64,000 nucleotides of DNA, taken from assembly GCF_009914755.1 (NCBI RefSeq), contig NC_060935.1, one strand, 5' to 3'. Shown in pieces: positions 33,111-50,120 of the stretch. Origin of the DNA: the human T2T-CHM13v2.0 reference genome, Homo sapiens. Positions within the stretch are counted from its first letter, which is position 1. The number at the start of each line of letters is the position of its first letter. Made by a program: the position numbers and the translations under genes. The notes beneath the pieces are model-generated. The model did no database searches. It had not been told where the DNA came from and saw only the letters and a list, made by a program, of their open reading frames with translations.

Positions 33111-34331
33111 TGTAGAAGATCATTTGTATAATAGTGAATAGAATGTATTTTCTGAGTTTTAAAATTGTCAGATGTATAATGGGTCAAATGCTGAGTGTAG
33201 CCACTTCATCCAGCTTGATTTATATTGAAGAGAATGCAATCAAACTACCAGCAGGTAGTTTGTTTTTATTTCAGGTTCCATTGTTCGTACTCAGACTTAC
33301 TCTATCATTAATGAGATGTGCAACCCAAGGCAATTCAGCCACTTCTCTGGGCCTCCATTTCCTTACTCACAAAATGAGACAGTTTGGACTACATAGTCAC
33401 TTAGGTCCCTTTATTTCTGATAGTCCCACATTAAGTGTCCACCAAAGATTCACCGTGGATATGCAAGAAAATAAACATTACATGAACCATACATTTAGGA
33501 TTCACAGGATTCATTCTAAATAAGTAACAAAAGGTCTTACAAGCAGCCAATATAACCAGGGGCTTAATAGATTTAGATATTAATTCATTCAAAATACACT
33601 TATCTCTTTCTTTTGCTTAAAAGTGTAACCAAACAAAGGGCCACTAATAACTTCAAAACAAATTCACTGATCTCTTAAAGAATCTGTTCTCAGGCAATGA
33701 AAACTTAGATTTTCTTGTTTACAACTATGTGAAATACATCAAAATAGAATGAAACTATTGATTCTTTTACAGGTGTATAATAGTACAAACTTATCAGGAC
33801 AGGCTTACGTTATGCTTATCTTAGCACAAACAAATTTCACAGTTGTTCTGTGACAGGGATAACTATAATTATTTGCTTCACAGAAAACAAGGTAAACTTC
33901 AAACAGTATATAGTATATATTTTCTGTTGTACTTGATGTTTATAACTAGATGACTTCATAAATAGTGGATACCACTCTGAAATAGAATATTTTTAAAAGG
34001 TAATGTTTTAAAGAAACGATAAACTATACATTTAGGCAAAAATACTCAATTAATTAATTGCATTAATCTTTTGGGAATGAGTTTGATATCGTATCACTTA
34101 CCTAGTGTTAAGTAGCCCCAAAAACTAAATAAGAATTTTATGTGAGCTAAGAAACAAACAAATATGAAGTAGTACCTATCTATCTCTCTGTCCCCCAAAT
34201 GGGAAAAAATGAGGAGGAGAATGGAAGAAGTTCTAACATGGAATAAAGAGTGATTAAATGTCAAAAACTGTTGTCTATTTACAAATGGCCTTTTATTAGG
34301 AAAGTATAACATGAATACTAGAGAGAAATTA

Positions 34332-34379
34332 TTAGGTTGGTGTACAAGTAATTGCTGTTTTTGCCATTACTTCCAATGG
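34332..34379. mobile_element. MADE1 (Hsmar1 MITE), truncated
   Basis: ttaggttggtgtacaagtaattgctgtttttgccattac matches one mariner TIR arm. Confidence 0.82.
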
Positions 34380-35094
34380 ATCTTTGACCCTCTGCTGTCT
34401 CCTCTGCAGTTATATTCAGTATTGTAGGTCAAAAAACCTATTAAGCCTAACCATAATGAATAAAGGTCATAACTGAATATGAGAACCAAATGCCAGTAAT
34501 TTGTTTTTTATCTTTTACATTTAAATAATAACACAAAACTGCAGCAACATTACCAACTAATCTGCAAGGTGCTTTCTACCTTCAAGTCATTTTAAATACA
34601 TGGATTAATTACATATTCAACTCTGTGTGTTCCTTCATATATGATGCCTCAGTAGTAGCATTTCACATTATACTTATGTTTCTGACCCCTTCTAGAGAGC
34701 AGGGGCTATATCTTCTTCCCAAATTTTCTCCCTTCCTTCAACAATTTTTTACTGAACTCTCCTCTGTAGCAAGCATATTTTTGCATTCCCAAATCCCGGT
34801 ATAATGCCTGGCACAAACTATACACTCTATAAATGAGGGTTTTATGTGAATTAAAAAACCCACTAATTCACCACATAAATACCACCATCCCCAAATGCAC
34901 ACATATGAAAACAAACAAACCTTTAAGGGGCTCTGCTGGAATGGTATCATTAAGAAAAATGTAAGCATTTGCTATGGAACTAGACATAGACAGCAAGAGT
35001 ATACCTGTGCACTGCAAACTACACCTTTTGAACATAGTGTTGACACTTATCACTTTGAGCTACATAGTAAACATCTGCCTGACAATAAAGTTAA

Positions 35095-36325
35095 TCATTT
35101 GTCAACAAATAAATGGTGCTGAGATAATGGGATATCCACATACAAAAGAATAAAGTTGGACCCTTACCTCAGACCATATATAAAAATTAACTTAAAGACC
35201 TAAAAGTACCAGCTAAAAATTATAAAAATCTTAGAAGGAAACACAGGCATAATTTTGTCATCTTGGATGAGGCAGTGGCTTCTTATTAATAGATATGACA
35301 CCAAAAGTACAAGCAACAGAAGAAAAAATCTAGACACTGTCAAGATTTAACATTTCCATGCTTCAAAAGACACCATTAAGAAAGTGAAAAGACAACCCAC
35401 AGAATGGGAAAGCTTTTATTGCAAATCATATATCTGACAAGTGACTTGTATCTATTATAAAGAAATATTAAAACTCAATAATAAAGGCAAATTGCCAAAT
35501 TAAAAGTGGGCAAAGGATATGAATACAGTCTTCCAAAGAAGATATACGAATTGCCAATAAGGATATGAGAAAATGCTCAACATAATTAGCCATCAGGGAA
35601 ATGCAAATCAAAATTACCACAAGATACCACATCACACACATTAGGACGACTATAATAAAAAAAGATAATTACAAGTGTTGGTGAGGATTGGAGACTGGAC
35701 TCTTACACACTGCTGGTGGGAATGAAAACTGGTAAGATGGAAAACAGTTTGGCAGTTCTTCAAATGATTAAACATAGAGTTACCATACGATCCTGCAATT
35801 CTACTCCTAGGTACATATCCAAGAGAAATAAAAACATATGTCCTCAAAAAGACTTGCATATGACTGCTTATAACAGCATTATTCATAACAGTAAAAAAGT
35901 GGCAACATCACCAATGCCAATCAACTGATGAATGGGTAAACAAAATGTGGTATATCTATACAACAAAATATTACTTGGCAACAAAAAGAAATGAAGTATT
36001 GATACATGCTACAACATGAGTGAACCTTGAAAACATTAAACTAATTGAAAGAAACCATTACAAAAACCATATATTATATGATTTCATTTATATAAAGTGC
36101 CCAGAACAAGCAAATCTATAGAGACTTAAAGGTTTGTGCTTGCCTAGAGTTTGGGGAGACAGCAGAATTGGGAGATGATAGCTAAGGGGGTTCAGTGTTT
36201 CTTTCTGAGGTAATGAAAATATTCTAAAATTGACTGTGGTGATGAATGTACAATTCTATGACTACACTAAAAGCCGCTGAACATAACTTTAGGTGGGTGA
36301 ATTGTATGGTATGCAAATTGATTTG
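35095..36325 (+). mobile_element. L1MB 3' region
   Basis: ORF2 end and L1MB 3'UTR motifs. Confidence 0.85.
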
Positions 36326-36549
36326 GTTAATACCAAAGAAACCTAACTACCAAATTACTAAACCACTGGGCTCCAGCCCAGCAAACTGGTCCTTAGCCAT
36401 AAGTTATAATTTTCTTCTTATCACAATCATCTGAAATATGTGAAAAAGGAAAATTTTTTTATCCCATTTTTTTTTGGTACAAAAAGTTTCAGTGGCTCTC
36501 CATTTGAGTTCTTCAGAGATCTGAGGAATTTGCCCACCTGCTTACTGTT

Positions 36550-39500
36550 TTAATTAACATTTTTAAAAAATTCTAGATTCATGTGCATGTGCATGTGCAT
36601 GTGCATGTTTGTTACATCGGTATATTGTGTACTGGTGAGGATTGGGCTTCTAGCATATTCATTACCCAAATAGTGAACATTGTATCTGATAGGTAGTTTT
36701 TCAACTCTTGCCACCTTACCACCCACCTCCCTTTTGGAGTCTCCAGTGTTTATTATTTCCATCTTTATGTCCATTTGTATCCATTGTTAGATCCCACTTA
36801 TTAGTGAGAATATGTGGTATTTAATTTTCTGTTCTGAGTTAGTTCATTTAGGATAATGGCCTCTAGGCTCCACCCATGTTGCTGCAAAGAAAATTATTTC
36901 ATTCTTTTTTATGGCTGCATAGTATTCCATGGTGTATTTATACCACATTTTATTTATTCAGTTAACTGTTGATGGACACTTGGATTGGCTCCATGACTTT
37001 GCTATTGTGAGTAGTGCTATGATGAACATAGAAATGCAGGTGTCTTTTTCTGTTTAGATGTCTTTATAACATAATGATTTCTTTTCCTTTGTGTAGATAC
37101 CCAGTAGTGGGATTGCAGGATTGAATGGTATTTATATTTTTAGTTGTTTGATAAATCTCCATATTGTTTACCATAGATATTGAACTAATTTACATTCCCA
37201 TCAATATTGTATGTTTCCTTTTCTCCACATCCATGCCAACAACTTTTTTTTTGACTTTTTATTAATAGCCATTCTGATGGGTGTAAGACAATATCTCGTT
37301 GTAGTTTTAATTAGCATTTCTCTGATTAGTGATTTTTGAGCATTTTTTCATGTGCTTTTTGCCACTTGCTTTTCTTTTTAGAAATATCTGTTCATGTCCT
37401 TTGCCCATTTTTTAATGGAGCTGTTTTTTTCTTGTCGAGTTCTTTCAGTTCCTTGTAAGTTCTGGATACTAGTCCTTTGTCAGAGGCACAATTTGTGAAT
37501 ATTTTCTCCCATTCTGTAGGTTGTCTGTTTACTCTTATTATTTCTTTTGCTTTGCAGACGCTGTTTAGTTTAATTAAATCCCATTTGTCTATTTTTATGT
37601 TGCATTTGCATTTGTCTAGTTTCATTCTTCTGCATGTGGCTAGCCAATTTTCCCAGCACAATTTATTGAATAGGATGTCCTTTCCCCATTGTTTATTTTT
37701 GTTGGCTTTGTTGAAGATCAGTTGGTTGTAGGTATATGGCTTATTTCTGGGTTCTCTATTCTGCTCCATTGATCTGTATGTCTATTTTTATACCAGGACC
37801 ATGCTGTTTTAGTTGCCACAGCCTTGTAGTATAATTTGAAGTCAGGCAATATGATGACTCTGGATATGTTCTGTTTGCTTAGGATGGCTTTGGCTATTTG
37901 GGCTCTTTTTTTGGTTCCATATGAACTTTAGGATTTTTTTCCTAATTGTGTGAAAAATGAAATTGGTAATTTGATAGAGACTGCACTGACTCTGTAGATT
38001 GCCTTGAATAGTACGGGCATTTTAATGATACTGATTTTTCCAGTCTATGAGCATGGGATGTTTTTCCATTTGTGTCATCTACGATTTCTTTCATCAGCCT
38101 ATTTTGTTAAGGGTTTTTATCACGAAGGATGTTGGATTTTACTGAATGCCTTTTCTGCATCTATTAAGATGACTGTATGGTTTTTGTTTTTAGTTCTGTG
38201 TATGTGGTAAAACACACTTATTGATTTGTGGATGTTGAACCATCATTGCATCCCTGGGATAAAACACACTTGATCATGATAAACTATCTTCTTCATGTGC
38301 TATTGGATTTGGTTTGCTAGTATTTTGTGGAGGATTTCTGCATCTACGTTCATCAGAGATATTAGCCTATAGTTTTTGTTTTCCGTTGTGTCCTTCTCTG
38401 ATTTTGGTATCAGGGAGATACTGGTTTCATAGAACGAGTTAGGAAATAATCCCTCCTCATTGGTTTTTTAGAAGTTTCGGTAAGATTGAATACCAGTTCT
38501 TTGTATGTTTGATAAAATTCAACTGTGAATCTGTCTGGTCCTGGGCTTTTGTTGTTCTTGGAAGATTTTTACTACTGATTCAATTTCATTACTCATTATT
38601 GGTCTGTTCAGGACTTCTATTTCTTGCTGGCTCAATCATGCAGGGTTTTATATTTCCAGGAATTTATCCATCTCCTCTAGATTTTCTAGTTTATACGCAT
38701 AGAGGTGTTCACAGTAGTCTGTGATGATCTTTTGTATCTCTATGTTATCAATTGTAATATCACCTTTATCATTTCCGGTTGTACTTATTTGAATTTTCTC
38801 TTTCTTGTTGGTTAATTTAGCCAGCAGTCTGTCATTTTTGTGTAACCTTTCAAATAACCAACTTTTTGTTTCACTGATCCTTTATATCTTTTTTTGTCTC
38901 AATTTCATTTACTTCTGCTTTAATCCTTGTTATTTCTTTTTTTGTGCTAGCTTTGGGTTCCAATTGGTCTTATTTTTCTAGTTCCTTGAGGTGTGACATC
39001 AGGTTGTAAATTTAAGATCTTTCTATCTTTTTGGTGTAGACATTTAAAGTTATAAACTTTCCTCTTAGTTCTACTTTTGCTGTATCCTTGAGGTTTTGAT
39101 ATGTTGCCTATTTTCATTTGTTTTGAAAATTTTTTTGATTTCTTAATTTCACTGTTTACCCAAAGTTCACTCAGGAGCAAGGTGTTTAGTTTCCATGTAG
39201 TGTGTGTTTATGAGAGTTCCTCTTGGTCTTGATTTCTAATTTTACTCCACTGTGGTCCGAGAAGATACTTGATATGATTTTGATTTTTTGGAATTTATTG
39301 AGACTTCTTTAATGGCCAAGCATATGGTCGATAATGGAGAATGCTCCATGCAGAGTGACAAGAATGTATATTCTGTGGTCGGCTAGAATGTTCTGTAAAT
39401 GTTTGTTAGGTCCATTTGGTCTACAGTTCAGTTTAAGTCCAGAGTTTCTTTGTTGATTTTCTGCCTTGATGATCTGTCCAGTGATATCAGTGGGGTGTCG

Positions 39501-39770
39501 AAGTCCCCCACTATTACTGTATTACTATCAATGTTTTCTTAGGTGTAGTAGTATTTGTTTTATGAATCTGGGTGTTCTGGTGTTAGGTGCATATATATTT
39601 AAGATAGTTATATCTTCTTGTATTGAACATTTAATTATTATATAATGCTCATTTGTCTTTTCTATTGTTGGTTTAAAGCCTGTTTTATCTGATATGAGGA
39701 TGGCTACTCCTGCTCACTTTTGTTTTCCATTTACATGACATATCTTTTCTTACCCACTTACTTCCTGTCT
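36550..39770 (-). mobile_element. L1PB-type element with internal deletions (sense to ARHGAP20)
   Basis: ORF2 remnant ([27 protein letters not shown]); L1PB 3'UTR; (catgtg)n at tail. Confidence 0.88.
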
Positions 39771-40565
39771 ATTGTGATTTGCCACCATTCCTCCCCTATT
39801 CCTCCAGTGTCCTCCTTAGGGTTTTCACATAGTAAATTCTCAATAGTTGTGTATTAAGTGAATGAATTAATATATCCAATATCTGAGATTTTAAGGTAGT
39901 AATACAAGTGTGCCTATGTAGAAAAATGAAGTTGTAAATAGGTAACTGAAGAAAAAAACTTTTGTTGTTTTATTTTCAATAACAATGCAGAAAACACTTT
40001 TTAAATAAAAACCTGTATGTAGGCTCTCACTGGAATTTTAACTTCATGACAGCCAAGAGATATAGTACTATTTTTGGAACCTCTAAATCACTCTGAATCT
40101 GCTCATTATTAGTTCTCACAGAGATTAAAGAAAAACAAAGCATATCAAAAGGAAGGAACTGGATGAAAGATTAAAGTTGGAGGTGAACTGCAATTTTTCA
40201 TGCTTTGTTTTGTTCCAGTCACTTTATGAGGAAAAAAAATCAAGCATTTCAGTTGAATTATGGATGCTGAAGTCACTTTCAAGCATTTAAAATAAGCATA
40301 GTATTAAAATAAGGGCACTGGGAAAGCTTTTATAGAACTCTAAATTTTCAAGGCTAGAAAAAATAAGTAATCAAATTAACAAATTAGCTTATTCAAACTT
40401 GACTATTAATTCTTTTGTGGCTAGTCTGTGCAATTTCGTGAGCATTAAAGTATTTCTTGTCTTCCCTACATGCCTGTAGCATTTACTTGTGGAGACGTAT
40501 CCAAGCCACTGAACAATTATACTTCAAAGACACTGGCTCTGTAAGGGAAAAAGATAATTACTTTT

Positions 40566-43021
<2,456 letters not shown>

Positions 43022-43450
43022 AATTACTTTTAACCTTGCACCTTGCTTCTGGGTCCTGCTATCACAGCAAGGTTTTGACTACTAGGTAAGCTGAAGCTTC
43101 CTGCTATTGTCAGTTTGGTCTGTGATAAATATGATCTTCTATTTACCCATAAATCATCCCAACCAGGACCACTTTAAACATTTAGCTAAAATAAATGTAA
43201 TTACAGTACAGACTACTGTAAATGAATATATGTTCCTTTCTGAAGAAAGAATTGATTTTACTTTCCAGCTCTTTCCTCTTTCCGAAGGACTACTACCATG
43301 TTGAAATACAACAATAAACATGATAATCTATGTAATGCAGAAGAATGGGCACTAGGCTAGGAGACATTGGACCTTAATTCTGGACCCTAGTTCTACCACT
43401 TAATTCCTCAGATTTTCTCTAAAATGGACACAATACCTGCCCTACTCACT

Positions 43451-43544
43451 ATATATATATATTCATTCATATATATGGATTCATTCATATATATTCATTC
43501 ATATATATGGATTCATTCATATATATTCATTCATATATATGGAT
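43451..43544. repeat. Compound AT-rich tandem repeat (attcattcatatatatgg units) inside a MIR-like remnant
   Basis: Directly visible. Confidence 0.85.
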
Positions 43545-46500
43545 GAAAGTCCTCTGAAATGAAAAGCACTGTGATAATGTAACAGACAGTAAACTTTAAA
43601 GTGGTTAAGTGCTGTATATAAATAAATATAAGGATATTAGAATTTCCCTTATACATTATTCTTTGTTTCCTTGCCTCCATCCCCACACATGCAGGATTCT
43701 GGAGCATCACTATGGGTCTTCACGTTGGCTAGATTTTTCTTCTTTGGCAAAGCTACAAGTTTCAACCTTTGGTCATGATAATCTTTAAGCAGCACCCTGG
43801 AGTAGGTAGAGTCAATCACCAATGTTCTCTGCCTAATAGTTTCTTACAGGGCAGGGCTCCACTACATTTTTCACATAATGTTCCATACAAAATGATATTT
43901 GTACAACCATAACACTCTATGTCAAACAAAGGGGCACCTGGCTCCCCAGTATCCATCCACTCACCTGAAGGCCAAGAGGCTAATTGTCAGACACAACCGC
44001 AACAGTTGGGAAGCTTTGCCTTACGGTAGCCCCTCATTGTCTTCAACACAGAGGGGAAAAGTACTGTGATCAAATTCTAAAACCATAATGGTAAAAATCA
44101 GACAGACATATCAAATGAGAATAAAAAGCAGATCCACGTCTATCTAGATTCAGACATAGTGTTACCTGGTGATGGCTATTGTTAAAGCTGAGGTTCAAAA
44201 GAGTGAATGTAGGGATAGGAGAGGAAATAAAAACATTCTCCTAGGTGTAAATTAGGACTCAGGTAAATAAGGAAAGCAAAAGGCCACAGAGCAGCTGCGT
44301 TTTCCAGATCTTTGATATGTGAGCTGATGTGGGGCACACATACATTCCATTTTCAGAGTCCACACACAAGTGACCAGACATCCAAAAACAAGTTTTACAT
44401 TTCAGTTGTGTCATGTGACAGGTGTCTGTCAAAATTAGGTCAAGGCTGCTCTCAGCACACCACTGACCTACAGTGCTGATGAGGTTATTTCTGCTGTCAG
44501 TTAGATGTTTCTACCATAAACTTGTCCTAGATAAAGAAAATAAGACTGAAATAAAATATAATATAAACTGGGCTATATTGCCTACAAGCCTCATTATTGA
44601 TGGTTGACCGAAGGCAATCATCTCTGCTACCTTTCCAGCCTCACATTGTGGCAGAGTCTCCCGTAAGTAAATAAAAGCTAAAGATCAACTCTATCCGAGT
44701 TTGTTTCAGAAAACTGTTGTAGTTGCCACTACCAAATTGAGCATTCTCTCTGCAGGCTTTCTGCACACATCAGGACCTCTAGAATCCCTGTGATCCTAAA
44801 CACTTGAAGTACCAACAGAACAGGCGAGCAACTTTCCCTTCACTTAAAGTTTACTTTAAAGGTTTATACCAAATGCTCTGAAGACATGAGGGGTATGAGT
44901 AATAAAACTCCATTGAATCATAAAAATATATATTTCCTCAAAGCACTCTGCATATTATGAGTATACAAGTGTTATGTACACACATATAACTTTGATATTA
45001 TATACCTATTTTTGTGACACTTTATAATGTATTTTAGTGGCAATTTAAGTTGAAATCTAGTATATTTTCAGCTACAGACACCTTCTAGGAAGGCAAGTTT
45101 TACAATTACATATTTTTGTTAAGTTGTATGTAGTCCCATAAAGCATAACATGCCTTTACTTTGAAAAGAATAGCCACCAAGTCCTGAATGGAAAGGTAAG
45201 AATTGTGAAAGAATTCAGTCTTCTAAGTTATTGATTGGAGAGGATTTCATTTCTGTAGGTACCATCAGTTTTCTCAGCTCTCCCCCATCCACTGAACATG
45301 TTCCACCTTTTGTCCTGCCGCCCTTTCGCCAAATCATAACCTGGGAGAATGCTGAAGGCATAGAGGGTGATAAATTGCTTCATGACAATCTTCACCTTAG
45401 AACTAAAAGCAACAACTGCACTAACTATTTAGGTATCTATGACTTGTGAACTTTCAGTCTGTGAATTCCAACTGCCTATTTTAACTTAGGGGACTTAATC
45501 TTCAAAATTAATAATTACTTTTTACACATGTATAAGAAGATTATTCTTAACTTTTATTTTATAAAACTATAATTTATTGTAGTCTATGAACTTTAGAGTC
45601 ACAAAAATTAATTTTTCTTCTGCCATGGTAAAATGCACTATGTAATCACATTTTAAGTGAGCATAACTATGGACACAAAGTTTTTTCCTCCAGACTCAGT
45701 GGAGCAGTGATATAAAAGTTAACTGAGTTGAGAGAGTTTCAACTGGGTTTCCACATGATTTTCCAGTGGAATCATCTGAGGCTTAGGATTCAGTGCACCC
45801 ACACATAACTCTGAAATATACTCTTCTGAGTTTGTCTGGAGAATACGCCAAGCTTTCCAATAGCAAGCAAGGCTGAGGTATCAGCATAGAGATTAGGCCT
45901 GGCTAAGAGCTCTTGAAGTACATCTGCCTTATACAAAACATCTGAAAATGTCAGACACCAAGGCATAAAAATCACCAAAGTAATTAGACCAGTGATTGTG
46001 TCATTGATTGTCACTATAAGTCAATGTTTACCTAATATTTACCTAATGGTAGCAGTGAACATAACATTCAATGGTAGACAGAGAGGGTAGAAATGCCACT
46101 CTCCAAAGAATGTATACTCTTTTTTTCAATTGAGAAAAGGCCCTCAACTGTACTTTTCTCAGCTGGTTATATATAATTTAAACCTACTCTCCCCTGTATC
46201 TTATGTTACAAACAATAACAAATGCAGTGATAGTCTCGTTGAAAAGAGAAATGGAGTTGGAAGAACTGGATTCAAATTCCAGTTTTGCCACTTACTACAC
46301 TGAAGCCTTGATATGGTTCGGTTCCTTCTTTAGGAAAAAATTAACACCTACCTCATATAATTGATGTGTTTTGAATATAGTTCAGCATTCACTTAAAGAG
46401 GTTTTTAAATTTTCTTTATTCTTCTATAAGTTATAGCCAACCCTTGTATTTTTATTCAAGTTCCTCCTCATGATATTTGATATTTATGGCTTCCAATGAT

Positions 46501-47884
46501 GACTGCTTTAAAGGATGGTATGCATTCACATGCATGTACATGTTCTGATGTTACATTTTTTAAACTCAAACTCCTTTTGTTGCTTTACACCTACTCTCAC
46601 ATGGCAAGATATACTAATAACTCCTGCACTTTTGCAAAGTGTTTCCATTTACCTTTCATGACCCATAAAAACCAACCTTGTGAGAGGTGCAGGATAGGGG
46701 TCATTACCCCATTTTGCATACAAAGAAACAAAGCCCAATCAGAAGTTCAGAGGTCACATGAGGGATAACAGAGGCCATTCCTGATTAATCTAATTTTATT
46801 TTTATAATTCTAGGACCCTCCCTGCCAACACAATCTCACGTATCTGATTTCATGCAATTCATTTTGTGAGTAACACCAGATAAGAATTGAGTAGGATACT
46901 AGTTTAACTATGGGCATAATATTTTTCTCAGTATTGAAGAGTAAAACTAAAGCTTACTCACTAAGATGTTTAATTCAAGCCCCAGTATAAGACACACACA
47001 TGGTCCAAGTTAGCCCTTGGGGGTGTTCTACCATGAGGTGTTATAAACAGATTTGGACCCAGAGAATTAGAAAGGAAAGGCAGAATGAAGTTTACAACAG
47101 CAGCTGCTACATTTAAAAATGTTAGAGCTATTTTAAAATTATTTTCCCTTGCCTGGCTTTCTGGGCCTATAAGTCTCTTTTCCCCCATTCCAACACTCAT
47201 CCTATTTAAAGATTTTTCAATTAGCATATGAAACCAAAAGGTCAGAATATTTGAGTCTGATACAAATCATTCCTAACTAAAATGATTCTAATATGTGCTT
47301 CCACTTCATTAAAACTATTCCGTGAAAATGTGGATATCCTCAAGGATGTATTATTCCAGAATAACTTAAAGTATTATCTATGCTTTATCTATATGCTATT
47401 ACATTTTAGAATTCAATTTTTAGGAATTACTGTACAAATTTATTGTATATTCTTTGGAAGTGCCTCAGTGATGGAAAAATCTTTGTCTTCTGAGAGTGGA
47501 TTTGATTTTTGGAAACAATGAAATCCTCTGACTAGTGAGTAAAAGTGAGTGATCTAGCTAGGCAATTCTGCTTGAGATTAAAATAATAAATGTGGCTATA
47601 AAATAAAGAGACTGACTTCATTTACAGCATCTACATGCTAGCTCCTCAAACATACCTACCTCAGGACCTTTGAACTTAATGCTCCCACTTCTTTTTATAG
47701 CATGGTCTTTTTAAGCCATAAGAGAGTTAAGGGACACTTAAAAAAGGCCTTCCCTGAACACCCTAATGCAGAATGATCTAACTCAACAACCACATTTGTC
47801 TAATTCGGGGTTATGTTTGTTCCTTTAATAACAGTTATCACCATTTATTCATTTTTTTGTTTTTTTTTTGTCTCTTCCTCTGAC

Positions 47885-49037
47885 CCATGCTGTCCAATAC
47901 AGTAGCCACTAGACACATGTGGCTCTTTAGATTTAAATTCAAGTTGATTATAATTAAGAAGCTTACAGAAAAAAAAAATGACAAATTGTATTTCACCAAA
48001 AATAAGAACTTCCGTTCTTTTGAAAGATACTCTTAAGAAAGTAAAAAGACAAGTCACAGACTGGGAGAAAACACAATTAAAATTGGGCAAAATATTTAGA
48101 CACTTCACCAAAGATAACATATGGATGAAAAATAAGCACGTGAAAAGATGCTCAACATCACTAATCATTGAGGAAATGCAAATCAAAACCATTAGCTACC
48201 ACTTTACATCCATTAAGATGACTGTAATCAAAAAGGCAGATAATAATAAGTACTGGTGAAAATTTGGAGTAGGTGGACTCATATGCACTGCCAGGGGGAA
48301 TATAAAACCACTTCGGAAAAAACAATGGACAGATTCTTAAAAAGTTCAATATATACCTAAAATATGACCCAGCTATTCCACACCTAAGTATTTACTCCCC
48401 CAAAATGAAGTCCATGCAAAGACTTATACATGAATGTTCACAGCAGTTTTATTTGTGATAGCCTAAAACTGGAGATAATCCAAATGCCCATCAACAGATG
48501 AATGGATAAATAAATTGTAGTCTAGTCACATGATGGAATGCTGCTCAGCAATGAAATGAACTATCGATACACGCAAAACCATGGATAAACCTCAAAGTAA
48601 TTGTATTGAATGAAACAAGCCAGACAAAAAAAGAATATAAAGTATGATTACATTTACAAAAAATCTTTGGAAATGTGAATTAACCTACAGTGAGAGAAAA
48701 CAGATTAGTGGTTGCCTGGGAATGGGGAGGGAATTAAGGAATTAGAAAGGGACATGAGGAAACTTTGGGGGATGACGAATATATTCCTTAGCTAAACTGT
48801 GGAGATGTTTTCACAAGCGTATATATATGTCAAAACTATTAAATTTATATACTTTAAATATGTGCAGTTTATTCTATATCAATTATACTTCAATGAAGCT
48901 GTTAAAAAATGTTTAGTTTCTCAGTCATGCCAGCCACATTTCAAGAGCTCAATAGCTACATGTAGCTAGTGGCTACTGAATGGACACTGTAGATAAAGGC
49001 GTTCCATCATTACACAATGTACCACTCAGTGGCACTA
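47885..49037. mobile_element. MER3 split by an L1MB insertion (~47965-48908, +)
   Basis: MER3 left part (gctgtccaatacagtagccactag) and right part (gccacatttcaagagctcaatagc) flank an L1MB 3' fragment. Confidence 0.8.
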
Positions 49038-49079
49038 CTCTCCCCTAATTAGGAGAGAGGAAACTACACCACAGAGACT

Positions 49080-49254
49080 CACCACTTGTTTCTCTAAACG
49101 AAGTTTTATTACAACACAGCTATGCCCATTCATTTCTTCATTGTCTATGGCTGCTTTAGCACTATAATGGCAGAACTGAGTAGCCTGTAACAAAGGGCCT
49201 ACAAACCTTAAATATTTAGTATCTGGTCCTTTAAATAAAGGTTTGCTGACCCTG
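49080..49254. mobile_element. MER58A-type hAT MITE (partial)
   Basis: aagttttattacaacacagc...ggtttgctgaccctg. Confidence 0.75.
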
Positions 49255-49319
49255 CTCTGAGCCATAAATTCTGAGGACGGGGCCATATCTGTCCTGTTCA
49301 CTGCTGTACATAACCCAAC

Positions 49320-50120
49320 TAATATTTACGGAAAATCTAATATATAGCAGACACTATTCTAGGTGCTGGAGAGGCAGCCCTAAGCAATACAGATAAGGTC
49401 CCTATTATCATAGTTTTCAATCTGGTGACAGATGTGGGTAACAGATAACAAGCAAGTAAATAAGAAAATATCAGGCCAGGATGAATGCTAAGATGACAAT
49501 AAAGCAGAAGGTATAGAGAATGACTGAGGAGCACTTCCACTTAGGTAGTCAATGGCAGGCCTCTGCTAGAACCTACGATCTGACAATAATATGAAAGTCA
49601 GGACTGCAAAGACCTGGGGCTGAAGCACAGAGAAACACCATCAAGGCCTCAAAATAAGAATGAATTTGATGACTTGAAATATGAAGAGGAAGAAGGCCCA
49701 TGTGGTTGGAGAATACACAAACAAGGGGGGGATGCATAGATGAGGTGGCAGAAGTAGACAGGGCCAAGAAAAAGGGGTCTGAATTTTATTATAAATGGAT
49801 GAAAAGCCACTGCAGGATTTTAAGCAGGTAAGCAACATGATTAATTTACATTTTAAAAGATTATTCTGGTGCAAAGTGGTGACTGGATCAAAGAAGGGCA
49901 AGAAAGGTGTTAGGCAAGTTAAGACATTTCTGCAAAGGTACAAGTGAGAGATGGCGGCTTGGCTTGGACTACACTGGCAACAGTGGAGATGAAGTGGAGA
50001 AATTCAAGACACGTTCGGATTGACAATAGCTTCCCTGATGGATTGGTTGGTGCAGAGAGAGGAAATGAGTTGAAAACGAATCCTAGATTTTTGGCTTGAA
50101 CAACTGGGACACAAAGGTAT
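49320..50120. mobile_element. L2 remnant
   Basis: L2 3' motifs (gacactattctaggtgctggag, gaaaagccactgcaggattttaagcagg). Confidence 0.78.

Noticed and set aside
33134-33523. 129-aa plus-strand ORF (also 31457-31795 and 45790-46014)
   Set aside because: Non-ATG starts, no recognisable domain, partial MIR overlap in the first; consistent with chance ORFs.
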